DNA of 64,000 nucleotides from Alphaproteobacteria bacterium (GTDB taxonomy: Bacteria; Pseudomonadota; Alphaproteobacteria; UBA828). Positions within the stretch are counted from its first letter, which is position 1. Every line of letters starts with the position of its first letter. The DNA lies in assembly GCA_963422645.2 (NCBI GenBank), contig CAXXVO010000004.1:544001-608000 (forward strand), given 5' to 3'. This document shows positions 29,658-41,786 of this stretch, piece after piece. Both the position numbers and the translations under genes were made by a program. The notes beneath the pieces were generated by a model, which worked only from the letters and a program-made list of their open reading frames with translations, did not search any database and was not told the DNA's origin.

Positions 29658-31190
29658 ATGGACGACATCCTGCGCACGCTTGAAGAGCGCCGTACCCGCG
29701 CCCGGTTGGGCGGCGGCGAAGCGCGGATCGAGCGGCAGCATGCCAAGGGCAAGCTCACTGCCCGCGAGCGTCTGGAACTGCTGCTCGACGACGGCTCGTT
29801 CGAGGAATACGACGTGTTCGTCGAGCACCGCTCCTCGGACTTCGGCATGGCCGAGCAGCGCGTGCCGGGCGATGGCGTCGTTACCGGACGCGGCACGATC
29901 AACGGGCGGCTTGTCTTCGTCTTCAGCCAGGACTTCACCGTCTTCGGCGGCTCGCTTAGCGAGGCGCACGCGGAAAAGATCTGCAAGATCATGGATCACG
30001 CCATGCGGGTGGGCGCGCCGGTAGTGGGGCTCAACGATTCCGGCGGCGCGCGCATTCATGAGGGTGTGGCCTCGCTCGCGGGGTACGCGGAAGTGTTCCA
30101 GCGCAACGTCCTGGCCTCCGGCGTCGTTCCCCAGGTCTCGGTGATTATGGGCCCCTGCGCCGGCGGTGCGGTCTATTCGCCCGCCATGACCGATGCGATC
30201 TTCATGGTTGCGGACAGCGCCTACATGTTCGTGACCGGGCCGGACGTGGTGAAGACCGTCACCCACGAGGTGGTGACCCACGAGGAACTGGGCGGCGCGG
30301 GCACCCACACGGGCCGCTCGGGCGTCGCCGACCAGTCCTTCGACAACGATGTCGAGGCGCTGGCCGAGACCCGGCGCTTCATCGACTTTCTGCCTGCTAA
30401 CAATCGTGAGCAGCCGCCCGCGTGGCCGACCACGGATCCCCTAACCCGCGCGGAGCCCTCCCTCGACAGGCTGGTGCCGGCCAATCCCAATCAGCCCTAC
30501 GACATGAAGGAACTGATTGCGAAGGTGGTCGACGAGGGCGACTTCTTCGAGCTGAAGCCGGCATTCGCGCAGAACATCATCACAGGCTTCGGCCGCATCG
30601 CAGGCAGCACCATCGGCATCGTCGCAAACGAGCCGACCGTGCTAGCCGGCTGCCTCGATATCGCATCCTCGCGCAAGGCGGGGCGCTTCGTCCGGTTCTG
30701 CGACTGCTTCAACATTCCGCTGCTTACCTTCGTCGATGTGCCCGGCTTCCTGCCCGGCACCGACCAAGAATACGGCGCTATCATCACCCACGGCTCCAAG
30801 CTGCTTTACGCTTACGCCGAAGCGACAGTGCCCAAGGTCACCGTCATCACGCGCAAGGCCTATGGCGGCGCCTACGACGTGATGGCGTCCAAGCACCTGC
30901 GCGGCGATCTCAATTATGCGTGGCCGACTGCCGAGATTGCGGTCATGGGACCGAAAGGCGCGGTGGAGATCATCTTCCGCGGCTCGCTGGACGATCCCAC
31001 CGCCGTGGATGCCAAGACCGAGGAGTACCGCCGCACCTTCGCCAACCCCTTCGTTGCGGCAAGCCGCGGCTTCATCGACGACGTGATCCGCCCGCAGGAC
31101 ACCCGTGCCCGCGTCGCGCGCGCCTTCGAGACTCTGCGCACCAAGCGGCTCGAGAACCCGTGGAAGAAGCACGGGAATATCCCGTTGTAG
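29658..31190 (+). CDS. pccB: Propionyl-CoA carboxylase beta chain
   Basis: [50 protein letters not shown]. Confidence 0.93.
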   Translation: MDDILRTLEERRTRARLGGGEARIERQHAKGKLTARERLELLLDDGSFEEYDVFVEHRSSDFGMAEQRVPGDGVVTGRGTINGRLVFVFSQDFTVFGGSLSEAHAEKICKIMDHAMRVGAPVVGLNDSGGARIHEGVASLAGYAEVFQRNVLASGVVPQVSVIMGPCAGGAVYSPAMTDAIFMVADSAYMFVTGPDVVKTVTHEVVTHEELGGAGTHTGRSGVADQSFDNDVEALAETRRFIDFLPANNREQPPAWPTTDPLTRAEPSLDRLVPANPNQPYDMKELIAKVVDEGDFFELKPAFAQNIITGFGRIAGSTIGIVANEPTVLAGCLDIASSRKAGRFVRFCDCFNIPLLTFVDVPGFLPGTDQEYGAIITHGSKLLYAYAEATVPKVTVITRKAYGGAYDVMASKHLRGDLNYAWPTAEIAVMGPKGAVEIIFRGSLDDPTAVDAKTEEYRRTFANPFVAASRGFIDDVIRPQDTRARVARAFETLRTKRLENPWKKHGNIPL

Positions 31191-31206
31191 GGCGCGAGGG
31201 GCGGCG

Positions 31207-33204
<1,998 letters not shown>

Positions 33205-33229
33205 TGCCCGGCCGGCAGTCGACGGGGCG

Positions 33230-33538
33230 TTACTTGTTGGGCGCGGCGATGCGGTGACCGAAGGCGACCATCTCCACTTCGCCGTCGACCATGTGCGCGG
33301 TCCGCTCCATCTGGCGCTTGAGCCACGGGGTTTGCGTGTGGGCGTCGAAATCGGCCTCCTCGACATAGACCTCGTAGAAGATGAAGCGGCGCGGGTCGTC
33401 GCGGTCGACGCTGACCTCGAAGCTGATGCAGCCCGGTTCCTTGGTCACGGTGTTGTTGGCGTGGCGCTTCACCAGCCGGGTGAACTCGGCGACGTGCTTC
33501 TTCTTGATTCTGAGCGTGGCGGCGAGGGTAAAGGGCAT
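33230..33538 (-). CDS. ABM-domain (LsrG/quinol monooxygenase-like) protein
   Basis: EPGCISFEV...FIFYEVY...FDAHTQTP. Confidence 0.85.
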   Translation of the reverse strand: MPFTLAATLRIKKKHVAEFTRLVKRHANNTVTKEPGCISFEVSVDRDDPRRFIFYEVYVEEADFDAHTQTPWLKRQMERTAHMVDGEVEMVAFGHRIAAPNK

Positions 33539-34220
33539 GAGGTCCTCCCTTGAAGTTCTTGCGGGCGGCGCTAATCACGTAGCGGCGCGGATCATCTCCC
33601 CCGCGCGCTCGCCGATCATAATGCAGGTGGCGTTGAGGTTGGCACTGACGACCGTCGGCATGATCGAGGCGTCGGCGACGTAGAGTCCCTCCATCCCGTG
33701 CACCTTGAGGCCGTCGTCCACCACCGCCATGGGATCATGCCCCATCTTGCAGGTGCCGGCAGGGTGATAGACGCCAATGGCGTTGGCGCGGATGTAGTCG
33801 GTCCACTCGTCGTCGCTCTGCACGTCCCTGCCGGGCAGGTGCTCGCCCACGATGTAGCGCGCGATGGGCTCGCTCTCCAGCACCGTGCGGAAGAAGCGGG
33901 AGCCCAGAATCAGGGTCTCGATGTCGCGCTCGTCGGCGAAGAGGTTGGGCTGGATCGCAGGCTGCTTCAGTGGATCGGCCGAGGCGAGGCGCACCCTACC
34001 GGCCGAATAGGGCCGGTGCAGGTTGGTGAGACCCGTGATCGCAGGCTTTTCGAAGGTAACTGCCCAGGTACCCCCTCTCTCTTATGGAACAAGCCAGTTC
34101 CTTTTGCGTCAACGCCCCCACGCCGCGGGGGTGCCTACTCTCTTGAGCGCGAGAGGATGATGAACGCCGCGTCGCGAACAAGATGAGAGGACAGCGATAC
34201 TCAGGATGAGCCGGAGAAGT

Positions 34221-35759
34221 TCAGGAGCGCAGTATAGGGATCAGCTGCATCGGTTCCGGGTGCGCCAGGATTTGCAGGATGTTCCAGCCTTGCTTTCGAG
34301 CGGTGACGATGACGCTGCGCATTCCGGCGAAGTTGCAGGCGCCTTGCAGGGAGCGGAAGCCGCCTGAGATCTTCTCATGCACTTTGTTCATACGGATGTC
34401 ACGCTCCGCCTCGTTATTCGTGAACGGCGTGCGCAGGTCGGTGAGGAAGCGCAGGCAGCCCTCCTTATGCTTTTGAAGGCGGCGCGCGAGGTTGTGGCCG
34501 ATGCGGCGTTTCTTTCGCCCTCGCTTTGCGATCTGGAGCGGCGGTTGGGCCTCATGGAAGGCGATGGCTTCTTCGAGGATACGGTCCCATGCCCTTGAGA
34601 TGCGGGCCACCAGGGAGGCGGGGACTTGACGGTCTTTCTCACGGGCGAAGCGGGCGGCCCTGCGCGCGCGCTGAAGCAGGCGGTGCATGCTCGCCGCCCA
34701 TTCCTCCTTCTCGATGTCGATCAGGGCCTGGAGTTCGCGCAGGTGATGTGCGTTGCAGGCGCCGTGGCGGACGCCCTTGATGGTGAAGTAGGGGGCGAAG
34801 TCGTCGTGGACGAGGATGCCTTTCAGGTTCTTTTCGACATCGCCGCGTCCCTCGCCGATGCGCAGGACGGTGAGCAACGGGGTGCACAGCACATGGAGCC
34901 AGCGGGTACGGGCGGCGATACGCAGGCCGGTCTCGTCGAGGTGCTTGACCGGCGCCTGCGTGCGGATCAGATCGGCGACATGGTCGAGGAAGCCCTCGAA
35001 GCGCTGCGCTGTGCGCCGGCCCATGGCGGCGATCGTGGCAGTGGAGATGGACACCGCGAAGATGTCGCTCATGAGTTCGGCCAGACGCTTCTCGGGCACG
35101 AACTGGGCGTACAGCAGGTAACTCACCCAAGCGGTGATGCGAGGGCCGTACTGGACCGGGGCGGTGACGCCCGGCGGGAAGGCGGCTCGTGTCAGCGTGC
35201 CGCATGCGCCGCAGAGGCAGCGATGGGCGCGGTGTTCGGTGACCTCGAGAGGCTGCGGCTCGGGTACGTCGAAGACCTGCCGACAGGCGGGCGCGCCTTG
35301 CCGGTCGGCGTCCGAGAGCTCGACGCCACAGCCGGAACAGGTGGAGGGGTGGTGATCGACGACACGGTCCGGGCTGTCGCTCCGCGCGAGGGTGGTTCCC
35401 TTGTGGCCGGGCTGGCCGCCACTGGGCCCGCCGGACTTTCCGCGCTGGCTTTGGGTGCGCCTCTGGGCTCCGCTTTTCTTCTTGAGCCCGTCGCTGGCGG
35501 GGGGCTTGCTGCTTGTGGTGCTGTTGAGGGCCGCGCTGCGCTCGAGTTCGGCGATGCGCTCGCGCAGGGCCGCGTTCTCCTGCTCGAGTGCGGCATTTTC
35601 CCGGGCGAGCGCGGTGGCTGATCGCAGCAGCCCCTGCCCCCATTCCCGGACGGCAACGACGACAGTGGTTGCGAGGGATGATGGCTCGAGAAGCTCCTTC
35701 AGGCAGCAGAAGGCCTCGTTACGGGCGGCGAGGTCTTCGTGCCAGTGCGACACCGTCAC
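34221..35759 (-). CDS. tnpC: IS66 transposase TnpC
   Basis: Coiled coil, SSKPPASDG, GGQPGHKG, two CxxC, LDETG, VHDDF, CNAHHLREL, TNNEAERDIR; GTG start overlaps the MTase stop. Confidence 0.95.
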   Translation of the reverse strand: MTVSHWHEDLAARNEAFCCLKELLEPSSLATTVVVAVREWGQGLLRSATALARENAALEQENAALRERIAELERSAALNSTTSSKPPASDGLKKKSGAQRRTQSQRGKSGGPSGGQPGHKGTTLARSDSPDRVVDHHPSTCSGCGVELSDADRQGAPACRQVFDVPEPQPLEVTEHRAHRCLCGACGTLTRAAFPPGVTAPVQYGPRITAWVSYLLYAQFVPEKRLAELMSDIFAVSISTATIAAMGRRTAQRFEGFLDHVADLIRTQAPVKHLDETGLRIAARTRWLHVLCTPLLTVLRIGEGRGDVEKNLKGILVHDDFAPYFTIKGVRHGACNAHHLRELQALIDIEKEEWAASMHRLLQRARRAARFAREKDRQVPASLVARISRAWDRILEEAIAFHEAQPPLQIAKRGRKKRRIGHNLARRLQKHKEGCLRFLTDLRTPFTNNEAERDIRMNKVHEKISGGFRSLQGACNFAGMRSVIVTARKQGWNILQILAHPEPMQLIPILRS

Positions 35760-36421
35760 GTGTCTTCGGCCTCGACGGCCATCATGGCGGCGAGCACGGC
35801 GAGGCGTTCGCCCGGCGGCAAGGCCTGGTAGCGCCGGCCCCAGTTGGCTGCCTTGCGCTTGATGCGCTGGCGGTCGGTGAAGTTCCGGCCTGCGTGGCTG
35901 GCCCAATGCATCCGGTCGGGGGCGTAGTTGAACCAGACGACCTCGGTTCGCACCAGACCCTGGGTCGTGACCTGCAGCGCCAGCCGGCGCCATCCCGCCA
36001 GCACCTCGTCATAGAGCGCCGACGGATGGCCCGAGATCATGACCTGGCAGGGCAGAGCCTTGAGCAGCGCGAGAAGCGCGACGTGGCCGGCCTCCTCGTA
36101 CTCGAAGCGGTAGCGCTGCGCCGAGCGGCGGGTCGCGTGCAGATAGGGCGGATCGCTGTAAACCAGCTCCGGGCCCAGGAACGGGAACGAGGCCAGGAAG
36201 TCATGGGCACAGCCGTGAACCAGATCGACCGGGTAGTCGCAGACGAAGGCCTCGAGCGCCTGCGCATCGCGGTCGATGCCGATCGAACGCACGGCCGGCG
36301 GCTTGCGCTTCATCAGCGCCCCGCCCCCAAGGTGGCTTTCGATGTAGACGGAGTGCGGCGGCATCAGCGCAATCAGCGCTTGGCACAGACCTGCTGTCGC
36401 CTTCGAGCCGAAATACCCCAT
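35756..36421 (-). CDS. Small Dam-like (D12-class) N6-adenine DNA methyltransferase
   Basis: YFGSK (motif X), YIESHLGGG (motif I), IGID (motif II), YSDPPY (motif IV), VMISG. Confidence 0.88.
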   Translation of the reverse strand: MGYFGSKATAGLCQALIALMPPHSVYIESHLGGGALMKRKPPAVRSIGIDRDAQALEAFVCDYPVDLVHGCAHDFLASFPFLGPELVYSDPPYLHATRRSAQRYRFEYEEAGHVALLALLKALPCQVMISGHPSALYDEVLAGWRRLALQVTTQGLVRTEVVWFNYAPDRMHWASHAGRNFTDRQRIKRKAANWGRRYQALPPGERLAVLAAMMAVEAEDT

Positions 36422-36449
36422 GGACCGCTCCCGTCACGCGAGAGAGCAG

Positions 36450-36478
36450 TCCATAGTCCCGCAACTCTATGAGGTCAA
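36450..36478 (-). promoter_or_regulatory. Putative sigma70 promoter for MTase-tnpC
   Basis: TTGACC-17 bp-TATGGA on the minus strand, ~30 bp before the ATG. Confidence 0.45.
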
Positions 36479-37732
36479 GAACCAATCGCGGTGGCAGAAC
36501 CAGGCCGCGGCCGCCGCCATAATCACCGTCCTCAACTCAGGATTGGGGTACCTGGGTAGTTACTTTCGAAGACCTCCGGCCCGTCGGCGGTCAGATCGTA
36601 GCCGGCCGGCGAGAAGAGATACTGCACGTGGCTGCGCGACTTGCTGGGGTCGCAGCGTCTGTAGCCGCAAACCTGGGCGATCGGCGTCAGACGCAGGCCC
36701 GGTGCCGGACAGCAGCCACTGGGCACCATAGACAAGCGCGCTGAGTAGCCCGGTTTGCACGTTGTAGGTCTTGCGGTTGACCCACATGGTCTGGCTGATC
36801 CCGGCGTGGTCCTGCATGTTCTCGCCAACGCCAGGCAGGTCGTTGCGCACCTCGATGCCGTGCTCGCGGAGGTGCGCCGCAGGCCCCACGCCGGAGAGCA
36901 TCAGGAGCTGCGGCGAGCCGAAGCTGCCCGCGCAAAGAACAACTGCCTTGGAGGCTGTTGCTCGCCTGCGCTTACCCCGGCGCAGATATTCGACGCCTGT
37001 GGCCCGGGTGCCCTCGAACGTGAGGCCCAGCGCCTGCGCGTGGGTCACGATGCGCAGGTTTGCACGCTCCTTGGCCGGCCAGAGATACGCGCGCGACGTG
37101 CTGTGCCGCCAGCCCTTTCGCTGGCTGGCCTGCATGTAGCCCACGCCCATCTGCGGCGGCAGGTTGATGTCCTCCCGGAACGTCATGCCCGCCTTCACGC
37201 AGCTCTCGATCAAGGCGCGGGAGAGCGGATGCACCGAGCGGATGTGGGAGACAGAAAGCGGGCCGCCGGCGCCACGGTACTCGTTGGCGCCTCCTTCGTA
37301 ATCCTCAAGCCGGCGGAAATAGGGAAGCACGGTCTCGAAGTCCCAGCCGCGACAGCCGAGCGCCGCCCAGCCGTTGTAATCCTCCGGCGCGCCCCGAATG
37401 AACGAGGTGGCGTTGATCGAACTGGTGCCGCCCAGCACCTTGCCGCGCGGCATGTAGTCCTCGCGCCCGTCGCGGGTGGGGTCGGGCTCCGCCATGAAGC
37501 GCCAGTCGTAGCGCGGGTTGGTGATCGCGAACAGCATGGTCGCCGCAGGCATGAGGATGGTGAGGCGGCGGTCCGAACCGCCGGCTTCCAGCAGCAGCAC
37601 CTGCCGCCGCCCGTCCTCCGAGAGGCGCGCAGCGACGACGCTCCCGGCCGAGCCGGCGCCGACCACGATGTAGTCCGCCTGATGCTCGGCCGGCATCGCC
37701 CGGACCGCTCGTCGACGTTAGGCGCCTTCCGA

Positions 37733-38347
37733 TCAGGAGTCGGGAGGCGCCGTCACTTTCTGGATGACCACGGCCTCTTGCGGCACGTCGCTCGGGAACG
37801 GGCCGCCGGGGCCGGTCTGCAACGCGGCGATGCGGTCCACGGTCTCCATGCCGTCGACCACCCGGCCGAACGCGGCATAGCCCCAGCCTTGCGGGTTCTT
37901 GCCACTGTGGTTGAGGAAGTCGTTGTCGGCCACGTTAATGAAGAACTGCGCCGTGGCGGAGTGCGGATCGGCCGTGCGCGCCATGGCGATCGTGCCCCGG
38001 TCGTTGCCGGGCGCATCCGGCGCCTCGTTCTCGATCGGCGCTCGGGTCGACAGCTGCTGGTAACGCTCGTCGTAGCCGCCGCCCTGAATCATGAAGCTCG
38101 CGATAATGCGGTGGAAGATGGTCCCGTCGTAGTGCCCCGCCCGGACGTAAGCGAGGAAGTTCTCGACCGTCTTGGGCGCGGATTCGGGCTCCAGCGCGAC
38201 GGCGAACGAGCCGTGTGAGGTCTCGAAGGTGACGACGGGTTTTGCGCCCTCGTCGGCTTGGGTCTCGGTCTGGTCAGTCATCATGCTCCCCGCCGCGACG
38301 GCAAGCGCGAGAAAGACCGAGAGCCGCCGCAATCTGGATTTGAACAA
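37733..38347 (-). CDS. Cyclophilin-type peptidyl-prolyl isomerase, probably exported
   Basis: APKTVENF, FHRII, MIQGGG, AMART, ATAQFFIN; hydrophobic N-terminus. Confidence 0.93.
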   Translation of the reverse strand: MFKSRLRRLSVFLALAVAAGSMMTDQTETQADEGAKPVVTFETSHGSFAVALEPESAPKTVENFLAYVRAGHYDGTIFHRIIASFMIQGGGYDERYQQLSTRAPIENEAPDAPGNDRGTIAMARTADPHSATAQFFINVADNDFLNHSGKNPQGWGYAAFGRVVDGMETVDRIAALQTGPGGPFPSDVPQEAVVIQKVTAPPDS

Positions 38348-38532
38348 GGCCTTGCTCCCGAATCGTGAAGGTGCGTGCCGGCGCGCAGTCTACACACCGC
38401 GTCCGGAAAGGACAGTTGCGCACCGATACGCTCCGAACGCGGGCCGTGACCGTGGTGAGACATCCGTGGTAGCGTTTTTCCGGATGGGAAGGCTTCCATC
38501 TGCCCGACGCAGACACGCTAAGGGAGGCGCAT

Positions 38533-39960
38533 ATGCGAAATTCAGACCACGATAGCAGAGCCTACGATAGCGCGATGAAGCGCATCAAGCACTTTCGCGA
38601 GCGGGAGCTGACCCGCCGCCAGGTGCTCAAGGCCTCGGCTGCGACCGCGCTCGGCGCGACGCTTGCGGCACAGTTCGTGCCTAAGGAGGTGCATGCCGAT
38701 GTCGGCGGCACCATCGTTCACTTCGCATCGTCCGGCAAACGGCTTGCGAATTCCTTGAGGGCGGTCAAGCCGCTCTTCGACAAGGTGTTTCCCAACGTCG
38801 AGCTCGAAGTCGTGTCCAAGCCGATGAGCGAGGCGCTGACCCAGATCAACACCTACATGCGGTCCAAGAGCGACGCCTTCGACATCATCACCCAGGACCA
38901 CGCCCAGTTCGCAGCGCTCGACGCGATGGGCGCGCTCACAGACCTCGGCCCCTATCTGGAGCCCTTCCCGGACTGGCTCGCGGACTACGAGGAGGACGTG
39001 CCGGAGAATTATCGGCACATGTGGAATCTGCCGAAGGGGCCGGCCCCGCCAGGGTACATCGCAGCGCTCGCGCCGGACGGCAACGCGATGATGACCTTCT
39101 ACCGCAAGGACGTCTTCGAGAAGGCCGGCATTTCCCCGCCGTTGACCTGGGACGACGTGATCGACGCCTGCAAGGAGATCCACGACCCGGCCAATGAGCG
39201 CTACGCCTACTGCGCGGCGATGGCGCGCAGCTTCTGGGCCGGCTACCAGTTCTTCGGTGCTCTACGCGGCATGGGCGGTGCCGTCTTCACCGACGAGGAG
39301 AACAAGGACTATACGGTGACTCTGGAGAGCGAGGAGTCCTTCCAGGCCCTGAAGGTCCTGGTCGAGCTCCAGAAGTACGCACACCCGGTCTCCGCCAACG
39401 CCGGCGAGGACGAGGTCAACCAGGTGTTCGCCCAGGGCACGGCGCTCTACAGCCCACTCACCTGGGGCACCGCGGTGCTCAACGACCCGACGTACACGGA
39501 CCTGCACGAGCACTGGCACATGGACCTCTCGCCGAGGGGCACCGGGCCCAACGGCGCGCACCGCGCGCTCGCCGGTGGCTTCGGCCAGTTCATGCCGACC
39601 TTCGGCGGCAATCGGGAAACCGCGTTCGCCTGGATCAAGTTCCTCAACTCGGGCGACCGGGAGGATCTCGACGGCAGTCCGCTCATCGCGGATGCGATCG
39701 TGGGTGCTGGTGGCCAGCTCTCGCGCCGCTCGACGCTCAGCCGCTGGGCGGACCGCAAGCCCTTCTTCGTCGGCCTGATGAAGGCGTATCCGGTCTCCGT
39801 GGTCAACACGCCCACGGTGCCGGAGGCCTATGCCATCATGGGCGCCATGGGCGAGGAGGTGGCCGACGCGGTCAACGAGGAGCAGAGCATCGAAGACGCG
39901 ATGGCGGCCATGAGCAAGCGGGTTTACCGCATCATGGAGGACAGCGGCTACTATTCGTGA
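38533..39960 (+). CDS. Carbohydrate-type ABC substrate-binding protein, Tat-exported
   Basis: TRRQVLK twin-arginine signal; FYRKDVFEKAG, TWDD. Confidence 0.88.
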   Translation: MRNSDHDSRAYDSAMKRIKHFRERELTRRQVLKASAATALGATLAAQFVPKEVHADVGGTIVHFASSGKRLANSLRAVKPLFDKVFPNVELEVVSKPMSEALTQINTYMRSKSDAFDIITQDHAQFAALDAMGALTDLGPYLEPFPDWLADYEEDVPENYRHMWNLPKGPAPPGYIAALAPDGNAMMTFYRKDVFEKAGISPPLTWDDVIDACKEIHDPANERYAYCAAMARSFWAGYQFFGALRGMGGAVFTDEENKDYTVTLESEESFQALKVLVELQKYAHPVSANAGEDEVNQVFAQGTALYSPLTWGTAVLNDPTYTDLHEHWHMDLSPRGTGPNGAHRALAGGFGQFMPTFGGNRETAFAWIKFLNSGDREDLDGSPLIADAIVGAGGQLSRRSTLSRWADRKPFFVGLMKAYPVSVVNTPTVPEAYAIMGAMGEEVADAVNEEQSIEDAMAAMSKRVYRIMEDSGYYS

Positions 39961-39995
39961 GTGCGTGAGGCCGGGGGCTCCCCGGAGCCTCGACC

Positions 39996-40961
39996 GTGAC
40001 GGACGTTAGCATCGAGGCCCGGCCGCTGCGGGCGGCCGGGCCGCCACGGTCCGGGCGGCCGGGCGGTGTCGCGCGCCAGCAGCGGCGCACGGCCTACCTG
40101 CTGCTCGCGCCCTGCGTGATCGTGCTGTTGGCGCTCGCGATCTTTCCACTGATCTTCTCGGGCACGCTCTCCTTCAAGGTCGATCCGCTCTACAACCCCG
40201 ACGTCGCGCGCTTCGTCGGCTGGCGCAACTACAACGACCTGTTCGAGGACCACCGTTTCTGGAGCAGCATCCGGCTCACGGTGATGTGGGCCGTCGTCAC
40301 CGTCTCGATTCAGATGGTTCTCGGCTTCCTCCTCGCCGTGCTGCTCGACCGCAAGATGCGGGGTGCCGGCCTCCTGCGCACGCTCATCATCATCCCGGTC
40401 TTCATTTCGCCGATCGCCATGGGGCTCACCTGGCGCTTCATCTTCGAGCCGGTCTCGGGGCTTGCCAACTGGATCCTCAACAGCGGCTTCGGGCTCGAGA
40501 AGTGGACCTGGCTCTCACACAAGGACACCGCGCTCGCCACGCTGATGTTCGTCGACTGCTGGCAGTGGACGCCCTTCATCGCACTGATTCTGCTCGCTGG
40601 CATGCAGAGCATCTCGCCTGAGATCACGGAGGCTGCACGGCTCGACCGTGTGCGCGGTGTCACCTATTACTCGCGCATCGTGCTTCCGCTGATCCGCCCG
40701 GTCATCATGGTGGTGATCCTGATCCGGCTGGTGGATGCGATCCGAATCTTCGATCTCAACTTCATCATGACCAAGGGCGGGCCTGGATCGGCGACTCTGC
40801 TCGCCAGCGTCTATGACTACACCATCTTCGAGCAGGGCCATCTCGGCCTGATGGCGGCCTACGGGTTCCTGATTCTAATTCTGATTAACGTCGTGGTCGT
40901 CGCGTTCCTCAACACGCTCTACCGAACGGAGAAGGCGGCGCGCGCCGCCGACCGACCATGA
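39996..40961 (+). CDS. Carbohydrate ABC permease
   Basis: FVGWRNY, WQWTPF, EAARLD loop. Confidence 0.9.
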   Translation: MTDVSIEARPLRAAGPPRSGRPGGVARQQRRTAYLLLAPCVIVLLALAIFPLIFSGTLSFKVDPLYNPDVARFVGWRNYNDLFEDHRFWSSIRLTVMWAVVTVSIQMVLGFLLAVLLDRKMRGAGLLRTLIIIPVFISPIAMGLTWRFIFEPVSGLANWILNSGFGLEKWTWLSHKDTALATLMFVDCWQWTPFIALILLAGMQSISPEITEAARLDRVRGVTYYSRIVLPLIRPVIMVVILIRLVDAIRIFDLNFIMTKGGPGSATLLASVYDYTIFEQGHLGLMAAYGFLILILINVVVVAFLNTLYRTEKAARAADRP

Positions 40962-41779
40962 TGTCGTCGATCTACATGCGCGCAATCAATGTGCTCGCGG
41001 TGGTCGTCGTCATCATCTGGCTGCTTCCGGTGGCGTGGGTAGCGCTCAATTCGGTCAAGCCGACCAATGTCATCAATGCCGAGACGCCGACCTTCTATTC
41101 GTTCGAGCCGACCGGCGAGCACTATGTCGAAATCTTCGATCGCTTCCTCTTCGACCGGGCGATCCTGAACAGCCTGATTACGGTTGGCGTCTCGACCCTA
41201 ATCGTGATGATTCTGGCGCTGCCTGCAGCTTACGCAGTGGCGCGCATGGGGCTCATGGGGGGCGATACCTGGGCCCTTGTCATATTGTCATTGCGATTTA
41301 TGCCCGGGGTGGTCGTCGTGCTGCCCTACTTCAAGATGGCCAACTGGTTCAGCTTGATCGACACGCAGATTGTTCTCATCGTCGTCTATGTCGCCTTCGG
41401 ACTGCCCTTCGCGGTCTGGATTCTGCGCGGATTCCTGCTCGATTTGCCGAAAGAGGTGGAGGAGGCAGCCCGGCTCGACGGGCTGAGCTGGCTGCAGATC
41501 ATCTTCCGCCTCATTCTGCCGATGGCCGCACCCGGCATCGCAGTCACAGCCATCTTCACCTTCGTCTTCAGTTGGAATGAATATCTCTACGCGCTGTTCC
41601 TCACCTACGACAAAGCGACGACGATGCCGGTCGCACTGCAAAAGACCATCGACCTCTACAACGTATTATGGGGTTCGCTCAGCGCCGGCGCGGTGATACA
41701 GCTATTGCCGATGATCGCCGTCGTGTTCCTCCTCCAGCGACACATCGCGCGCGGCCTCGCGCTCGGCGCGGTGAAATAG
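40958..41779 (+). CDS. Carbohydrate ABC permease
   Basis: EEAARLDG, FSWNEY, GLALGAVK. Confidence 0.9.
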   Translation: MMSSIYMRAINVLAVVVVIIWLLPVAWVALNSVKPTNVINAETPTFYSFEPTGEHYVEIFDRFLFDRAILNSLITVGVSTLIVMILALPAAYAVARMGLMGGDTWALVILSLRFMPGVVVVLPYFKMANWFSLIDTQIVLIVVYVAFGLPFAVWILRGFLLDLPKEVEEAARLDGLSWLQIIFRLILPMAAPGIAVTAIFTFVFSWNEYLYALFLTYDKATTMPVALQKTIDLYNVLWGSLSAGAVIQLLPMIAVVFLLQRHIARGLALGAVK

Positions 41780-41786
41780 GGCCGCC

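Larger units (their letters stand above)
34056..36563 (-). mobile_element. Complete IS66-family element carrying a DNA methyltransferase
   Basis: 19-bp IRs (18/19 match) starting GTAA; 8-bp TSD tttcgaag at 34048-34055 and 36564-36571. Confidence 0.96.
33575..37696 (-). pseudogene. GMC (choline dehydrogenase-like) oxidoreductase interrupted by IS66
   Basis: N part GAGSAG, PRGKVLGGTSSIN (36564-37696); C part YHPAGTCKMG, DASIMP (33575-34055); removing the IS restores VFEKPAITGL; extra frameshift near 36690. Confidence 0.92.

Noticed and set aside
35756-36421. MTase as part of a restriction-modification system
   Set aside because: No endonuclease or specificity gene nearby; it lies wholly within the IS66 IRs.
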